From: Alphaproteobacteria bacterium
GTDB lineage: Bacteria > Pseudomonadota > Alphaproteobacteria > UBA7887
Assembly: GCA_965216755.1 (NCBI GenBank)
Contig: CBDCGL010000011.1
Coordinates: forward strand, 4,224,001-4,288,000
Length of the DNA stretch: 64,000 bases
Direction of reading: 5' to 3'
Program-made: the position numbers and the translations under genes
In this document: positions 46,615 to 57,388 of the stretch, one piece after another
Layout: each line of letters begins with the position of its first letter
Position numbering within the stretch: position 1 is the stretch's first letter
Notes under the pieces: model-generated
The model's database searches: none
Told to the model about the DNA's origin: nothing
The model's input: the letters and a program-made list of their open reading frames with translations, nothing else

Positions 46615-47923
46615 ACCGGTCTCCCAAATCGCCGCCGTCGGGCACCCGTACCATATCGATCAGGCTTTGATCGGCGTTGAGCCGAGACGCGGCCTGGTGG
46701 AAATCCGGGTCATTGTTGCCAATGACAATCACTTTGCCATGCGCGAGCACGTCGTCGATCGAATCGACCATCAAGTTCGAGATATGCGGAATGGTCTCCA
46801 GTATGTAGGCCTTGTTAGAGCCGACCAAGCGCGCCAGGCTCACATTCTTGTCATAAAGACGAAGGTCGTAGCCCTTGCCAATCAGCCGTTCGATCAGTTC
46901 GACCATCGGGCTTTCGCGCAAATCATCGGTACCGGCCTTGAAACTGAAACCCAATACGCCGATTTCCCGACTACCCGCCGCCATGACCATGCGCACAGCC
47001 CGCGCCACCTGTTCTTGATTGCTGGGCATCAAGCTGTTCAACAACGGCAAATTCAGGTCCAATGTGCGACCGGTATAGGTGATTGCACGCACATCTTTCG
47101 GCAGGCAAGAACCGCCAAAGGCGAACCCCGGCTTCAGGTAATACGGAGACAGGTTCAGCTTGGTGTCTTGGCAGAATATTTCCATGACGTGGTGGCTGTC
47201 GATGTCCAGCGCCTTGCAGATATTGCCGATTTCGTTGCCAAAGCCAACTTTGACCGCATGCCAGGCATTGTCGGCATATTTGATCATTTCCGCCACCTCA
47301 TGCGGAGTGATGAACACCGGCGCGTCGATGCCATGATAAAGCGCGGCGACGCGCGCGCCGGTTTCTTCATCGCTGGCGCCGATGACCGTCTTGGGCGGGT
47401 TTGTGAAATCATAGACGGCCGTGCCTTCGCGCAGAAACTCAGGGTTGTTGGCAACGCCGAAGTCCACTCCGGCGCGTTTGCCGCTATGCGCCTCCAAGGT
47501 GGGACGGACCAAATCCCGCATGGTGCCCGGCAAAATCGTCGAACGTACGACAACGACGTGATGGCCTGATTTGTCGCGCAAGGCCTGTCCGATCTCTTCG
47601 CACACCTTGCCGACGGCGGCGACGTCAAGGCTGCCGTTCGGACGGCTGGGCGTGCCGACGCAAATAATCGAAACATCCGAATTGGCGACGGCGTCAGCGG
47701 CCGACTGGGTGGCGCGCAAGCGGCCGGCCTGACCGGCTTCTTGGACCAGCGTTTCCAAATCCTTCTCGATGATTGGCGCCCGTTGCGCGTTAATCAGGTC
47801 GACCTTGGCGGCTTGTGCGTCGACACCGATCACGCTGTGGCCCATGCGCGCAAAACATGCAGCGGAAACGCTGCCGACATAGCCGAGGCCAAAAATACTG
47901 ATACGGGTTGTGGAGTCGGGCAT
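46595..47923 (-). CDS. GDP-mannose/UDP-glucose 6-dehydrogenase (AlgD-like)
   Basis: GLGYVG, ICVGTP, NPEFLREG, FGGSCLPKD, FKAGTDDLRESP. Confidence 0.92.
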   Translation of the reverse strand: MPDSTTRISIFGLGYVGSVSAACFARMGHSVIGVDAQAAKVDLINAQRAPIIEKDLETLVQEAGQAGRLRATQSAADAVANSDVSIICVGTPSRPNGSLDVAAVGKVCEEIGQALRDKSGHHVVVVRSTILPGTMRDLVRPTLEAHSGKRAGVDFGVANNPEFLREGTAVYDFTNPPKTVIGASDEETGARVAALYHGIDAPVFITPHEVAEMIKYADNAWHAVKVGFGNEIGNICKALDIDSHHVMEIFCQDTKLNLSPYYLKPGFAFGGSCLPKDVRAITYTGRTLDLNLPLLNSLMPSNQEQVARAVRMVMAAGSREIGVLGFSFKAGTDDLRESPMVELIERLIGKGYDLRLYDKNVSLARLVGSNKAYILETIPHISNLMVDSIDDVLAHGKVIVIGNNDPDFHQAASRLNADQSLIDMVRVPDGGDLGDRYDGINW

Positions 47924-48154
47924 GGCTCGCTGTGACTTATCGGACGATGGGGTGGGCACCCACGTTCATGGCGGGCGAGAAGAACAGCCTTCCCCTACCT
48001 GATTTAACGTAGTCGCTGCCGTCGGCAAGGCGTGAGGCGCCGCACAATGAAACAACTGCGCCGCCGCACTCTGGCGCCATTGCCTTCGTCACGCAAGGGA
48101 GCCGGCGCGAAATTGCCGTGTTGGTGGATGAACGCACAGGCCACTTTTGGCTCA

Positions 48155-50200
48155 TCACTTGATTTCGAAGCGTGTTTCCAAGATCGCCGGCGCCACGAGC
48201 TGACAGCGGCCACGCAGGGTTGTGGCCGGCTCGCGGTATCCTAGCGCTCCAGAGTACCAGCCCAATGGCGCCGATTCGTCGCCGCGCACGATGTCCCATT
48301 GCCAGTGACCATCGACCGTGATGGTCATCAGCGAGCCGGTATCCGCGTCGACCGCCGACCAGGTCGGATGATTGGCGCCGCCGGTGCCCGTGTCGCGCGC
48401 GGACAGCACAAGGTGTGGGGCAAAATGAAAGTGTAAGGCGCAGTCATGGGGCACCGTTGCGGCTTGGTTGCCTGGTACACAGTCGATTCGGTCGCGAACG
48501 ACCAAGCACCTCTGCTCGCTATCTATCTCTACCGTTCGGTCGTGGACAACGCCCAGAGCCATGTACCCGTCGTGGCTGCCGCGTGCCCATTGGCTGCCAT
48601 CGTCTTCGAGCGCCCATTCGCGCAGCCGGGCCTTGGCGTGACGCAGCCACAAAAACGGACCGCCGATCAACGACTGGTCGTGATCGTCGACCGTGAGCGT
48701 GTTGTGGGCGCGCGTGCCGCGGAAATAGGATCGCCAGACCGGGTCTGAATGGTAGGCGAAGGTGCCCGGGTCGACCAACCACCAGGCACCGTCCACGGCC
48801 AGGCACAGGCTAAGGGCGTCGGCGTGGCCATGGGCGGCGATCGACGGGTAGCCGAGGGGGCCAGCGTCAAACACGAGGTGAAACTTCGGATCGCCGAGCA
48901 CCGCATAGCCGCCCTCAGGAAAGATCCGCGGATATGTGACGTCGGCCGATGCCGACCCGCCATCGCGGTTGGCGCCTGCGGGGACCGCCATGCGATACCA
49001 GTACGCTTTTTCGCCAATTGCCCGCGCATCGTCAGGTGGGTCGTCGCCGAACACGGCGTCGACCGCTTCCAAGACTTGGCCGTACGGATCCGTCGGCCAA
49101 CGTGCATCGAACCGGGTGACGAAGCCGTCGTCGGCGTCGCCAATCTGCGGTGGCGTACCTCCAGGTGGGGCGATTGCGCGCAGGAATGCTGCCATTGCCA
49201 ATATGCGATTGCGGAACGCGGCCGAGAAGGGTCTCGCGCAGGATTCACCGACGATCCAGGCGACCAAGAAATACTCTAAGACCCACAGATGATAATACGC
49301 CGCTTGCTCTTTGTTGACGCCGTCGGCAAAGACTTGAGCCGCGGCTTCGCGTTCCAATTCGCGTTGCGCGCGCCGCGCCCAGCGCGCGCCCCAGGCACCC
49401 ATATCGAAGGTGCAGGTGGCTACCCAAATACCGGTTAGCTCGCCGATGAGGTGGTTGTTTGCCGATGAATGTCGAGACAAAAAGCGGCTGATAAAATGCG
49501 TTTGTTGGTAAATCGCCGTTCCAAAACGCTGTTGATTGCGCATCGCCGGAAATATGCCGTCGGTGCCGTCGCGAACCGCGATCAACGCTTGGATGAATGA
49601 CCAAGCAATCAGTCGCAATGCCGGTTCCAAAGCGCTGCACCAATGCACGCCGAGGCCATAGGGATTGGCCAGGCACCAGCCATCGATCTGTTCGGCGACC
49701 GCGTCGCGGTAACGGGAGTCACCGCTATGGGCATAGGCGGCGGCCAGCGGTATCAAATGCTGATGGCGGCCCAGCTCCCACAGCACCTTGATGTCGCCGA
49801 CCAGCCGGTCATCGCGATAGTTGATGGTCTTGCCAAAGCTCAGAGGCGCGCGCAGACCGGTTTTCGGATCGCGGTGCCAGTCTACCGGATGACCGACTTC
49901 AAGTGGCGCGTTGCCGAAAAAATCAATCCGCCCGGCAGCGATATCCGCGAGGCCCGGCGCATCAATTGTATAGGCGGCCAACCTCTTGGCCTGCCACCCG
50001 TTCGGCGGATCGAACATGGACTGGCCAGGTTGGACAGGTCGCGATGGTCGCGGTTGTCGTTCAAGCCCGACCATGGTTTGTTCCACGCGCTGATCAACGG
50101 CGCGCCACAGTCGGTGCACGACTTCGCCCGCGCTCATTGCGCGCAGGCGGTTCAATTTCCAAGAAAGTCCGCTCAACCGACCAGATACTGACGATGCCAT
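48155..50200 (-). CDS. Heparinase II/III family protein
   Basis: WELGRHQH, SANNH, GDADDG, HGHADALS, DPGTFAY, AHNT. Confidence 0.9.
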   Translation of the reverse strand: MASSVSGRLSGLSWKLNRLRAMSAGEVVHRLWRAVDQRVEQTMVGLERQPRPSRPVQPGQSMFDPPNGWQAKRLAAYTIDAPGLADIAAGRIDFFGNAPLEVGHPVDWHRDPKTGLRAPLSFGKTINYRDDRLVGDIKVLWELGRHQHLIPLAAAYAHSGDSRYRDAVAEQIDGWCLANPYGLGVHWCSALEPALRLIAWSFIQALIAVRDGTDGIFPAMRNQQRFGTAIYQQTHFISRFLSRHSSANNHLIGELTGIWVATCTFDMGAWGARWARRAQRELEREAAAQVFADGVNKEQAAYYHLWVLEYFLVAWIVGESCARPFSAAFRNRILAMAAFLRAIAPPGGTPPQIGDADDGFVTRFDARWPTDPYGQVLEAVDAVFGDDPPDDARAIGEKAYWYRMAVPAGANRDGGSASADVTYPRIFPEGGYAVLGDPKFHLVFDAGPLGYPSIAAHGHADALSLCLAVDGAWWLVDPGTFAYHSDPVWRSYFRGTRAHNTLTVDDHDQSLIGGPFLWLRHAKARLREWALEDDGSQWARGSHDGYMALGVVHDRTVEIDSEQRCLVVRDRIDCVPGNQAATVPHDCALHFHFAPHLVLSARDTGTGGANHPTWSAVDADTGSLMTITVDGHWQWDIVRGDESAPLGWYSGALGYREPATTLRGRCQLVAPAILETRFEIK

Positions 50201-52065
50201 AATTCCAACGTGAGCAGGCTCCACAACAGTTTTTCGTGGTTCTGACGTCCGTCGACATGCGCGCGCAGGATGTTGTTGAGCGCATCGGAATCATAGAATG
50301 CACGGGTTTTCGACTCGGCACCGGTCAGGTGGTCGTACAGATAATCGCGCATGGTGCCACGGAACCATTCATTGACGGGCACGCGGAAGCCAACTTTTGG
50401 TCGCTCGAGTATGGCAGCCGGCAAGATCTGTTTCATGGTCTGACGAAACAGCCATTTGGTCTGCATTCCGCGGACTCGGAAATGATCGGGTAGAGTCGAA
50501 AGATAGCCCGCGATTTCGTGATCGACGAATGGCATTCGTGCTTCCAACGATGCTGCCATCGTCACGCGGTCGCCGCGCTCAAGCAGATTGTCCGGTAGCC
50601 AGCTGGTCTGATCGAAATAGAGAATTTTGCGTAGCGGACTGCTCGTACAGGGCGGCGACAAGTGCCAAGGCTGTTCTGCCGATTCGACTGGCGGCGCGAA
50701 GGCCGTCAGGTGCGCACGCGCGTGCGGTGTCAGAGCGCCAAACCAGCGCGGCATGCGGGCGGTCCAATCATCCAAACCAAGGTTGGTCGCGGCAGTCTTG
50801 GCGCGACGAAAGCGATAGGGCAGGGCCTGTACCAAGGGTTCGACCAGATGACGGCGCAGACCACCCGGGATGAGCTGATACCAGGGGGTGAAACGTTCGT
50901 AGACATGTTTGGGGTAGCCGCCGAAAAACTCATCGCCGCCTTCGCCGGTCAAAACCATCTTGACCGTGCGGCGCGCTTCCTTGGAAAGCAGGAAGATCGG
51001 AATATCCGACGGCTCGGCGACCGGCGCGTCGCGGTGCCAGATCATGCGCGGCAAGTCGTCCATGAGATGATCGGACGACACCACCAGTTCGTGGTGGTCG
51101 GTTTTGAACAGCTCCGCCGCCATGCGCGCATAAGCTAACTCACTATAAGCGGCTTCGGAGAAACCCACAGAATAGGTTTTGATGGGCAGGCTGCTGTGGC
51201 GGCTCATCAACGCGACCACGGCCGACGAATCGATGCCGCCGGATAGAAATGCGCCAAACGGCACATCGCTGACCATGCGCGCTTGTACCGAATCCTCGAT
51301 CAACGCCGACATCTTGGCGATCGGCGACGGATCCACCGCGGACCGATCATACGGCGCCCGGTCAGGTGGCGTGTAGTAGCGGTTGTCAGGCCCCAACCGA
51401 CCATTTTCCCAAATCCGCCAGCAACCCGGCGCGAGCTTGGTGATTCCTTTGAACATGGTGCGCGGACCAGGCACATAGCGGTAGGCGAGATAGTCCCAGA
51501 CCGCGTCCATATCGACGCGCGCAGTCACCACCGACAAAGTCAGCAGCGCTTTAATTTCTGATCCAAAGGCCAGCTGGTCGTCGCTTGCAAAAACAAACAA
51601 AGGTTTTTTGCCAAAGCGATCGCGGGCCAAAAAAAGCCGCTGCCTTTTTGCATCCCAAATTGCGAAGGCGAACATGCCACGCAGGCGCTGGACACACGCC
51701 TCACCGAATTCCTCGTAGGCGTGAACGATGGTCTCCGTATCTGACGCGGTTTTGAACCGATGGCCACGCGTGATTAGCTCATCACGCAACGCTTTGAAAT
51801 TGTAGATCTCGCCATTGAAGATGATGTGGATTGTGCCGTCCTCGTTGGTCATCGGCTGCTGGCCGGTGTCCAGATCGATGATCGACAGACGCCGATGGCC
51901 CAAGGCGACGACCCGTCGACCATCGGCGGTGCGGGTCACAAAAGTACTGCTGTCGTCCGGGCCACGATGGGCGATAGCATCGGCCATGGCCGTAACGGCG
52001 GCCTGAGCGCCGTGTGGGCCACCGGCAGCGTCGCCGTGCATAATGAAGCCCGCGATCCCACACAT
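50173..52065 (-). CDS. asnB: Asparagine synthase-like glutamine amidotransferase (second paralog)
   Basis: MCGIAG, HRGPD, RRLSIID, LSGGIDSS, GEGGDE, RPKVGF. Confidence 0.92.
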   Translation of the reverse strand: MCGIAGFIMHGDAAGGPHGAQAAVTAMADAIAHRGPDDSSTFVTRTADGRRVVALGHRRLSIIDLDTGQQPMTNEDGTIHIIFNGEIYNFKALRDELITRGHRFKTASDTETIVHAYEEFGEACVQRLRGMFAFAIWDAKRQRLFLARDRFGKKPLFVFASDDQLAFGSEIKALLTLSVVTARVDMDAVWDYLAYRYVPGPRTMFKGITKLAPGCWRIWENGRLGPDNRYYTPPDRAPYDRSAVDPSPIAKMSALIEDSVQARMVSDVPFGAFLSGGIDSSAVVALMSRHSSLPIKTYSVGFSEAAYSELAYARMAAELFKTDHHELVVSSDHLMDDLPRMIWHRDAPVAEPSDIPIFLLSKEARRTVKMVLTGEGGDEFFGGYPKHVYERFTPWYQLIPGGLRRHLVEPLVQALPYRFRRAKTAATNLGLDDWTARMPRWFGALTPHARAHLTAFAPPVESAEQPWHLSPPCTSSPLRKILYFDQTSWLPDNLLERGDRVTMAASLEARMPFVDHEIAGYLSTLPDHFRVRGMQTKWLFRQTMKQILPAAILERPKVGFRVPVNEWFRGTMRDYLYDHLTGAESKTRAFYDSDALNNILRAHVDGRQNHEKLLWSLLTLELWHRQYLVG

Positions 52066-52121
52066 GGGCTAGGCCGCCCCCAGAGGCCGAACATGGCCGC
52101 CCATCGCCGAATTGGCGTGCT

Positions 52122-53186
52122 TCATTGGGCGGATAACCCGCCCGCCATTGCGGTGGCCTGGTTGACCAACGCCTCGACGGTGGGCAGCAGACCGGTGGTC
52201 ATCATCTGGTGAGCCTGGGCATTGGGGTGACCGTCTTTCGGCACGCGCAGGCTTTGCTCGGAAGCGCGGTCGCCGGCTGGATGGACCTCGATAAATGCAA
52301 GCTCAGGAAACTCGGCGCGCATAATTTGGGCGAGCGTCTGGGTCATGGGGCTGGCCGAAAGGTCGAGACAGGCCACCAAATGGGGCCGGTCACCGACTAT
52401 GTCGCGAAATTTGGCGATTGTTTGGCGAAACGTTTGAAGACGTGGATCGTCGTCGGAAACCTCTGGTGCACGCCCGACCTGGGCGCGGGCGCCAACATAG
52501 CGAAACCGCCGCAGATGTGTCTCCTTGCCGACGATGGCCAGATGCGATTTGCGCAGACCGGCGCGAAAAACGTCCATGGCCCAAGACGGCGGACCAAATG
52601 TGGTTTTGGTCAAATAGCCGAATCGGTCGACGCGATTGTTCGCCCGCTCAGGATTAAGGTCATGGGAGATGAACGCCAGCAACACGATATCGGCGTCGAT
52701 CTCTGGCAAACGGTCCTGCAGATGGGCCACTTCCATGGGCAGGGAGTGACCCGGCACGCCAAAGTTGAGCACCGCGATATTGTGGCCAGCATCCCCCAAG
52801 GCATACTCAAGCTGTGCCGGGAATCCTTCTTCGGCCGCGATTGATTGGCCGAAAGTGACCGAATCACCAAATACAGCGATCGTCGTTCTGGGCGCCGTCG
52901 GGTCTATCGTGGCCGCATATGGCGTGTGCAGACGATTGCCGAACGGCCCCGTTTCCGTCCAGGTGGGACCCTTGAGCCGGCCTTGATAGTTCGACTTGAG
53001 GACCCAATAGCTGTCTTGGCCGGCGGCCTCGAAGGCGGCTTCTGTGTACAAATGATCGGCCAAGCCAAGGACCCGGACGGCGACCTCCAACAAGGCAAAT
53101 GTGACGATGGCGATGATCGCCGCCGACCGCAAAAACGAAAAAATCCTTCTAAATGCGGACTTTCCTGAGGTCTTGCCGTCGTTCAT
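52122..53186 (-). CDS. Membrane-anchored SGNH/GDSL hydrolase
   Basis: N-terminal TM (LLEVAVR), FGDSVTFG, NFGVPG, DGHPN. Confidence 0.85.
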   Translation of the reverse strand: MNDGKTSGKSAFRRIFSFLRSAAIIAIVTFALLEVAVRVLGLADHLYTEAAFEAAGQDSYWVLKSNYQGRLKGPTWTETGPFGNRLHTPYAATIDPTAPRTTIAVFGDSVTFGQSIAAEEGFPAQLEYALGDAGHNIAVLNFGVPGHSLPMEVAHLQDRLPEIDADIVLLAFISHDLNPERANNRVDRFGYLTKTTFGPPSWAMDVFRAGLRKSHLAIVGKETHLRRFRYVGARAQVGRAPEVSDDDPRLQTFRQTIAKFRDIVGDRPHLVACLDLSASPMTQTLAQIMRAEFPELAFIEVHPAGDRASEQSLRVPKDGHPNAQAHQMMTTGLLPTVEALVNQATAMAGGLSAQ

Positions 53187-53470
53187 AAAGTTCCCCTGAT
53201 CGACCCGGCCCGCGATCAAACATGGCCGTGCCAGTTTCGGCTATATAATGTGGTGTGCCGCCGTCATTGAATCCCGCCGCGCCCCGCGCATTTTTTCGCG
53301 GGCAGAAATCGTGGCACCGTCTGACCATGTCGGTCGCGCGCCGTCATTCCCTGCCGCTGGAAAAGGCGGGCATTCGCGGGATGCGTGATACATTAATGCA
53401 TGATTGCATAACATCCCGTTGACGATGATCGCAGCGGCAGAGAAATCGGAACAAAACCCGCCATCGGTCA

Positions 53471-55018
53471 ATGCTGAGAAATTTTAGCCTTAAGATCGAT
53501 ATTGAATGGGTCTTCGCTTTTGTGATGGCCACCGGCTTCGCCTATTTTGTGGGCACCGGATTTTGGCTTGGCGCGGCTGGCATCATGGCGATCATGGTGT
53601 CGATCTGGCTGGGGCTCACGCAGCAATATATGCTGACCGTCGTGTGGTTGGTCGGAATGCCGACGATCTTCGTCATGGCCAACAACGTTATGAGTAGCAT
53701 TCCGATCTTGAATGCAGACCGGGCGCTGTTTTTCGTCTTGCTCGGTTTCTTGATTGCCCATGCCCTGGTGCGCTCGAACATGGTCGCGGGGGGCGGCACG
53801 CTTGGCGCCGCACTTGGCATCTATTTGTTTTATGTCCTCGTGTCCTGGTCATTCACCTTGCCGGACCGCGCCTGGAGCGATGTCTATCGCGACATCGCGT
53901 TTCTGCTTGACCGTTTCCTGATGCCGACCGTGGCTTATCTCATGGCTCGGTTTTTGCCGTGGGAACGTGAGCGCCTGACGACTTTTCTTTGGATCGTGGT
54001 CGCCTGGATGGGCTCATATCTGATTATTACGGGCTTGCTGCAATATGCCTTGGGCTGGACGTTCTTCATGCCGGCGGGGCCCGAACGGCTGTTTCCCGAT
54101 CGCGTAACCGGTCCGTTCGTCAACTCCACCTATTACGGCATGGCGGTCGCCATGGTGATGCTGATGGCTCTGTTCTTGGCCTTGCACACCAAGGCACTTG
54201 GCTGGCGGTCGGTGTTGTTGGCGTTCGTTGGCGCTCTCTTGCTGATGGTGTTGTTGAGCAAGTCGCGCTCTGTTTGGCTGGCCGCACCGATTGTCCTGGC
54301 GTATCTGTTTTTGCGGGTGCAGCGCACGCGTCCGATGATCACGTTTGCGGCCGTTGCGGTCGCCGCTGTCGCGCCGGTCGCACTGCCGCTAATTGTTGAT
54401 TTCGGCGATCTCGCAACCCGACTTGGGTCTTTGGGGCCGATCTACAATCGCCTGACCTTGTGGGGCACGGCGGTGAACATGATCATCGACAAGCCAATTT
54501 TCGGCTTTGGATTCGGTTGGGCCACATTCGGGCAATATAAGGCAGATTTCTATGCCAGTGTGGCCGGCGTTCCGGCCCAATATGCGGCGATTCCCAAGAT
54601 CCCGCACAATGAATATTTGAATGTTGGCGTCATGTTGGGTTTGGTCGGCTTGGTGCTTTATTTCGTTTGCCTATCCCGGGCCTGGCGGGTCTTGACGGCG
54701 GTTCGGCAATCATGGGCGCATGAGGACTCGTTCGTGTCCGACTTGGCCGTGTTTGTACAAAGCTGTCTTCTGTTGGTCTTGGTCGGCGTGGTTTTCATTG
54801 ACTTGGCTGAATCCTCGTCGGTCATCGTAATTTTCTTGTTCTTCTTGATCGGCATCGTGACCCGGTTTCATGACATCGTGAAACCGACAACAGCGCCGGC
54901 GCCCGAGCCATCGCGCGCACGTTCGCTGATCCTGCGCACGCCAGCGACTGCCACGCCCCGGACCGCAAAAGGCACGCCGACGCGCCCGGCACTCAGTCGC
55001 GCGCGGCCACGCGGCTAG
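53471..55018 (+). CDS. O-antigen ligase / Wzy polymerase family membrane protein
   Basis: Many TMs; RVTGPFVN, SKSRS.W, R..LW, PIFGFG, PHNEYL. Confidence 0.85.
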   Translation: MLRNFSLKIDIEWVFAFVMATGFAYFVGTGFWLGAAGIMAIMVSIWLGLTQQYMLTVVWLVGMPTIFVMANNVMSSIPILNADRALFFVLLGFLIAHALVRSNMVAGGGTLGAALGIYLFYVLVSWSFTLPDRAWSDVYRDIAFLLDRFLMPTVAYLMARFLPWERERLTTFLWIVVAWMGSYLIITGLLQYALGWTFFMPAGPERLFPDRVTGPFVNSTYYGMAVAMVMLMALFLALHTKALGWRSVLLAFVGALLLMVLLSKSRSVWLAAPIVLAYLFLRVQRTRPMITFAAVAVAAVAPVALPLIVDFGDLATRLGSLGPIYNRLTLWGTAVNMIIDKPIFGFGFGWATFGQYKADFYASVAGVPAQYAAIPKIPHNEYLNVGVMLGLVGLVLYFVCLSRAWRVLTAVRQSWAHEDSFVSDLAVFVQSCLLLVLVGVVFIDLAESSSVIVIFLFFLIGIVTRFHDIVKPTTAPAPEPSRARSLILRTPATATPRTAKGTPTRPALSRARPRG

Positions 55019-55021
55019 CGC

Positions 55022-56140
55022 CTAGGGTGTCGTAGCTGCTTCGCCGTCGCTGGCTACGTGGGTCATGGCCTGATCTTCCACCAATATCCGGGTGACTTCA
55101 TCGCCGATCATCCGATGAGCTCGCGCCGAAATATGGCGATGGCCGTGTGCAACATGGACTTGGTCCGGAGCGACCTGGTCAGAGGCAAACAAAATCGTGC
55201 TGTCGATGAACGCATCGCTGTTGTCTTGCAAGGTCTGACGTATGTCGGCGGCAGCCGATGGCCGAATGCCGCCGTCGCGAGACACACTTGGGATATCGAC
55301 GATGATCAAAAAAATGCCCTGTTGCTTCGTGAATGCATAGAGCCTCTCAAAAAGGGCGTGGCCGAGTGCAACTTCATAATTGTCGACCTCGCCGGTGGCG
55401 ACGGCGTACTCCGTGGTCAGTTTTGCGCGTTCTTTGCTCAGCAAAGCCGCTTTGGCCAATTGCCATAGCGAGTTGAACCCAAATGAATACAGATATGAAT
55501 TCTCACTCAGCCATCTGAGCACGGCAAACTGGTTGATCGCGTCCATGATCGCCACGCCGGGTATGTGGCTTTTCTTGACGACCACAAGCTCGTCATCTTC
55601 CAGGCGAAAGATCCCAGCCTTGGTGTTGTCGCTCAGATCGTTGGCATAGAAGCCGACAACCACGACATCAGGCCGATAGCGCACGCCTTCCTGTTCCAAG
55701 AGCACCAGCTGTTCGGCCGTGCTGAAGCCTGATACGCCGGCGTTGATCACCTCGGCGTTTATGCCGGAGTGGTTCAAATTCGTCGCGATCACCTCAGAGA
55801 ACGTTTCGTTTTGGTGAACCTCCGCGCCGGCGGTTTGCGAATCGCCGAGACTCAGCACGCGAAAGACACCGTTCGGCTTGTCATAGGAAAAATCCTTGGT
55901 GCTGCGAAACCCTTGGGCATTGATGTCATAGCGCCACGCCCCATCGACGCTGGTGTGCCAAAATGTCGCGTCGGGCCGGTAGCGGCGCAGCGTGAAGTCG
56001 CCATAGGTTGCCGAGGTGTGATAGCGCGGATACATCAAGATCTGGTCTTTCATGAACAGCCGCAGGCAGGCTTCGCCGAGCAGACAAGCGACCAAAATCG
56101 ATATGGCGACCAACGCAAATGACGATAGAAAAGCTCTCAT
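55022..56140 (-). CDS. Membrane-anchored SGNH/GDSL hydrolase (second)
   Basis: TM (LGEACLR), INAQGFR, LGDSQTAG, NAGVSG, NDLSDN. Confidence 0.85.
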   Translation of the reverse strand: MRAFLSSFALVAISILVACLLGEACLRLFMKDQILMYPRYHTSATYGDFTLRRYRPDATFWHTSVDGAWRYDINAQGFRSTKDFSYDKPNGVFRVLSLGDSQTAGAEVHQNETFSEVIATNLNHSGINAEVINAGVSGFSTAEQLVLLEQEGVRYRPDVVVVGFYANDLSDNTKAGIFRLEDDELVVVKKSHIPGVAIMDAINQFAVLRWLSENSYLYSFGFNSLWQLAKAALLSKERAKLTTEYAVATGEVDNYEVALGHALFERLYAFTKQQGIFLIIVDIPSVSRDGGIRPSAAADIRQTLQDNSDAFIDSTILFASDQVAPDQVHVAHGHRHISARAHRMIGDEVTRILVEDQAMTHVASDGEAATTP

Positions 56141-56940
56141 AAACGATTGCGTCCTTATTGCTGCAGGGTCGGTGCTTGTCCGCTGTTTTGGCTACGCCCC
56201 GATATGCGATGGCCGGAACATGTTGAAGCTATATACGAGCGCAAGAATCGGCGATCAACGTTCGGATGGCTGGCCGAGGCAACGATCCTGCACGAGCCAA
56301 TGATTCGGCGTCCTTCAGTTCGAGCAAATACAATAATAACCGTTTAAAGATCTCAGATTAGCTTGCTCCGGACAGGCGAGAGGGGCCCGCAAGGTGCCTG
56401 CCGGCGTATCCATGTACCGTGGGGGTTCGGCTGTGCCAACGTCTCCGACTTGTCGCCGTGTTTGCGCATTTGATCTCGGGCCGATATGGCCGGCCGCGGC
56501 CTGCGCCGCCCCTCGGGTCGCATTCGGCGCCTTCGATGGCCTTCTAGCCTATTGCTTTTCAACGAGATTCTTGGCGGCGGGACACGGGCTGGCAGTTGAT
56601 CCGGAAATGTGCACACGGGTCGGCGGCATGACAAGGAAGCTACAGGTGTCATCAAAGTTCAGCCTCGGTTCACGGTCAGCTTGGAATGATTCGCATGCGG
56701 AACTAAAATCCGAGACGAATTCCCGATCACTACTGCCGATCAAAGTTTCCTGGGCTTTGTGGTCGTGGCAAAGGGATCGACCTAAATCGATCGTAAGGGG
56801 CAGACCCCCTGAGGATAATTCGGAGTGTCGTCGGCGCCGCAGAGGGTCGTGCGCCGTCGTCGCGCGTCGATCGGATGAGGGTCGGAGTCGCCGGCGTTGA
56901 CGGCGCGCAACGATGCTTGAAGGGCATGTGGGCGAGGACA

Positions 56941-57381
56941 ATGGGCGCAAAAAAGGATACCGGTACACACGAACGATTGCAGCGATCGGAAGTCGTTCAA
57001 GGTTCGTCGGATCGATCGTTTGGGATCGTCTTCGCGGTCGTATTTGGCATTATCGCCATTTGGCCGTTGCTCCACGAGGGTGGTCTGCGCTGGTGGTCTT
57101 TGATCATCGGGTTGGGTTTCCTGGCCGTGTCATTCGTGCGCCCAACGTTGCTTGCGCCACTCAACTACATTTGGACCAAATTCGGCTTGCTGCTTCACCG
57201 CATCGTCAACCCGCTGATTATGGGTATTCTGTTCTTTATCGTCGTGACCCCGATCGGACTTGTGATGCGACTCGGCGGCAAAGATCTGCTGCGACTCCGA
57301 TTTGAGCCAAATCAACAGTCCTATTGGATTGAGCGTGAACCACCCGGACCAGCGCCGGACTCTATGAAACATCAGTTCTGA
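56941..57381 (+). CDS. SxtJ family membrane protein
   Basis: SDRSFG.VF, PLN..W..FG, TPIG..MR..GKD.L, SYWI, M..QF C-terminus. Confidence 0.88.
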   Translation: MGAKKDTGTHERLQRSEVVQGSSDRSFGIVFAVVFGIIAIWPLLHEGGLRWWSLIIGLGFLAVSFVRPTLLAPLNYIWTKFGLLLHRIVNPLIMGILFFIVVTPIGLVMRLGGKDLLRLRFEPNQQSYWIEREPPGPAPDSMKHQF

Positions 57382-57388
57382 GGCTGAA

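Noticed and set aside
46502-47569. 355-aa plus-strand ORF
   Set aside because: Antisense shadow of the nucleotide-sugar dehydrogenase.
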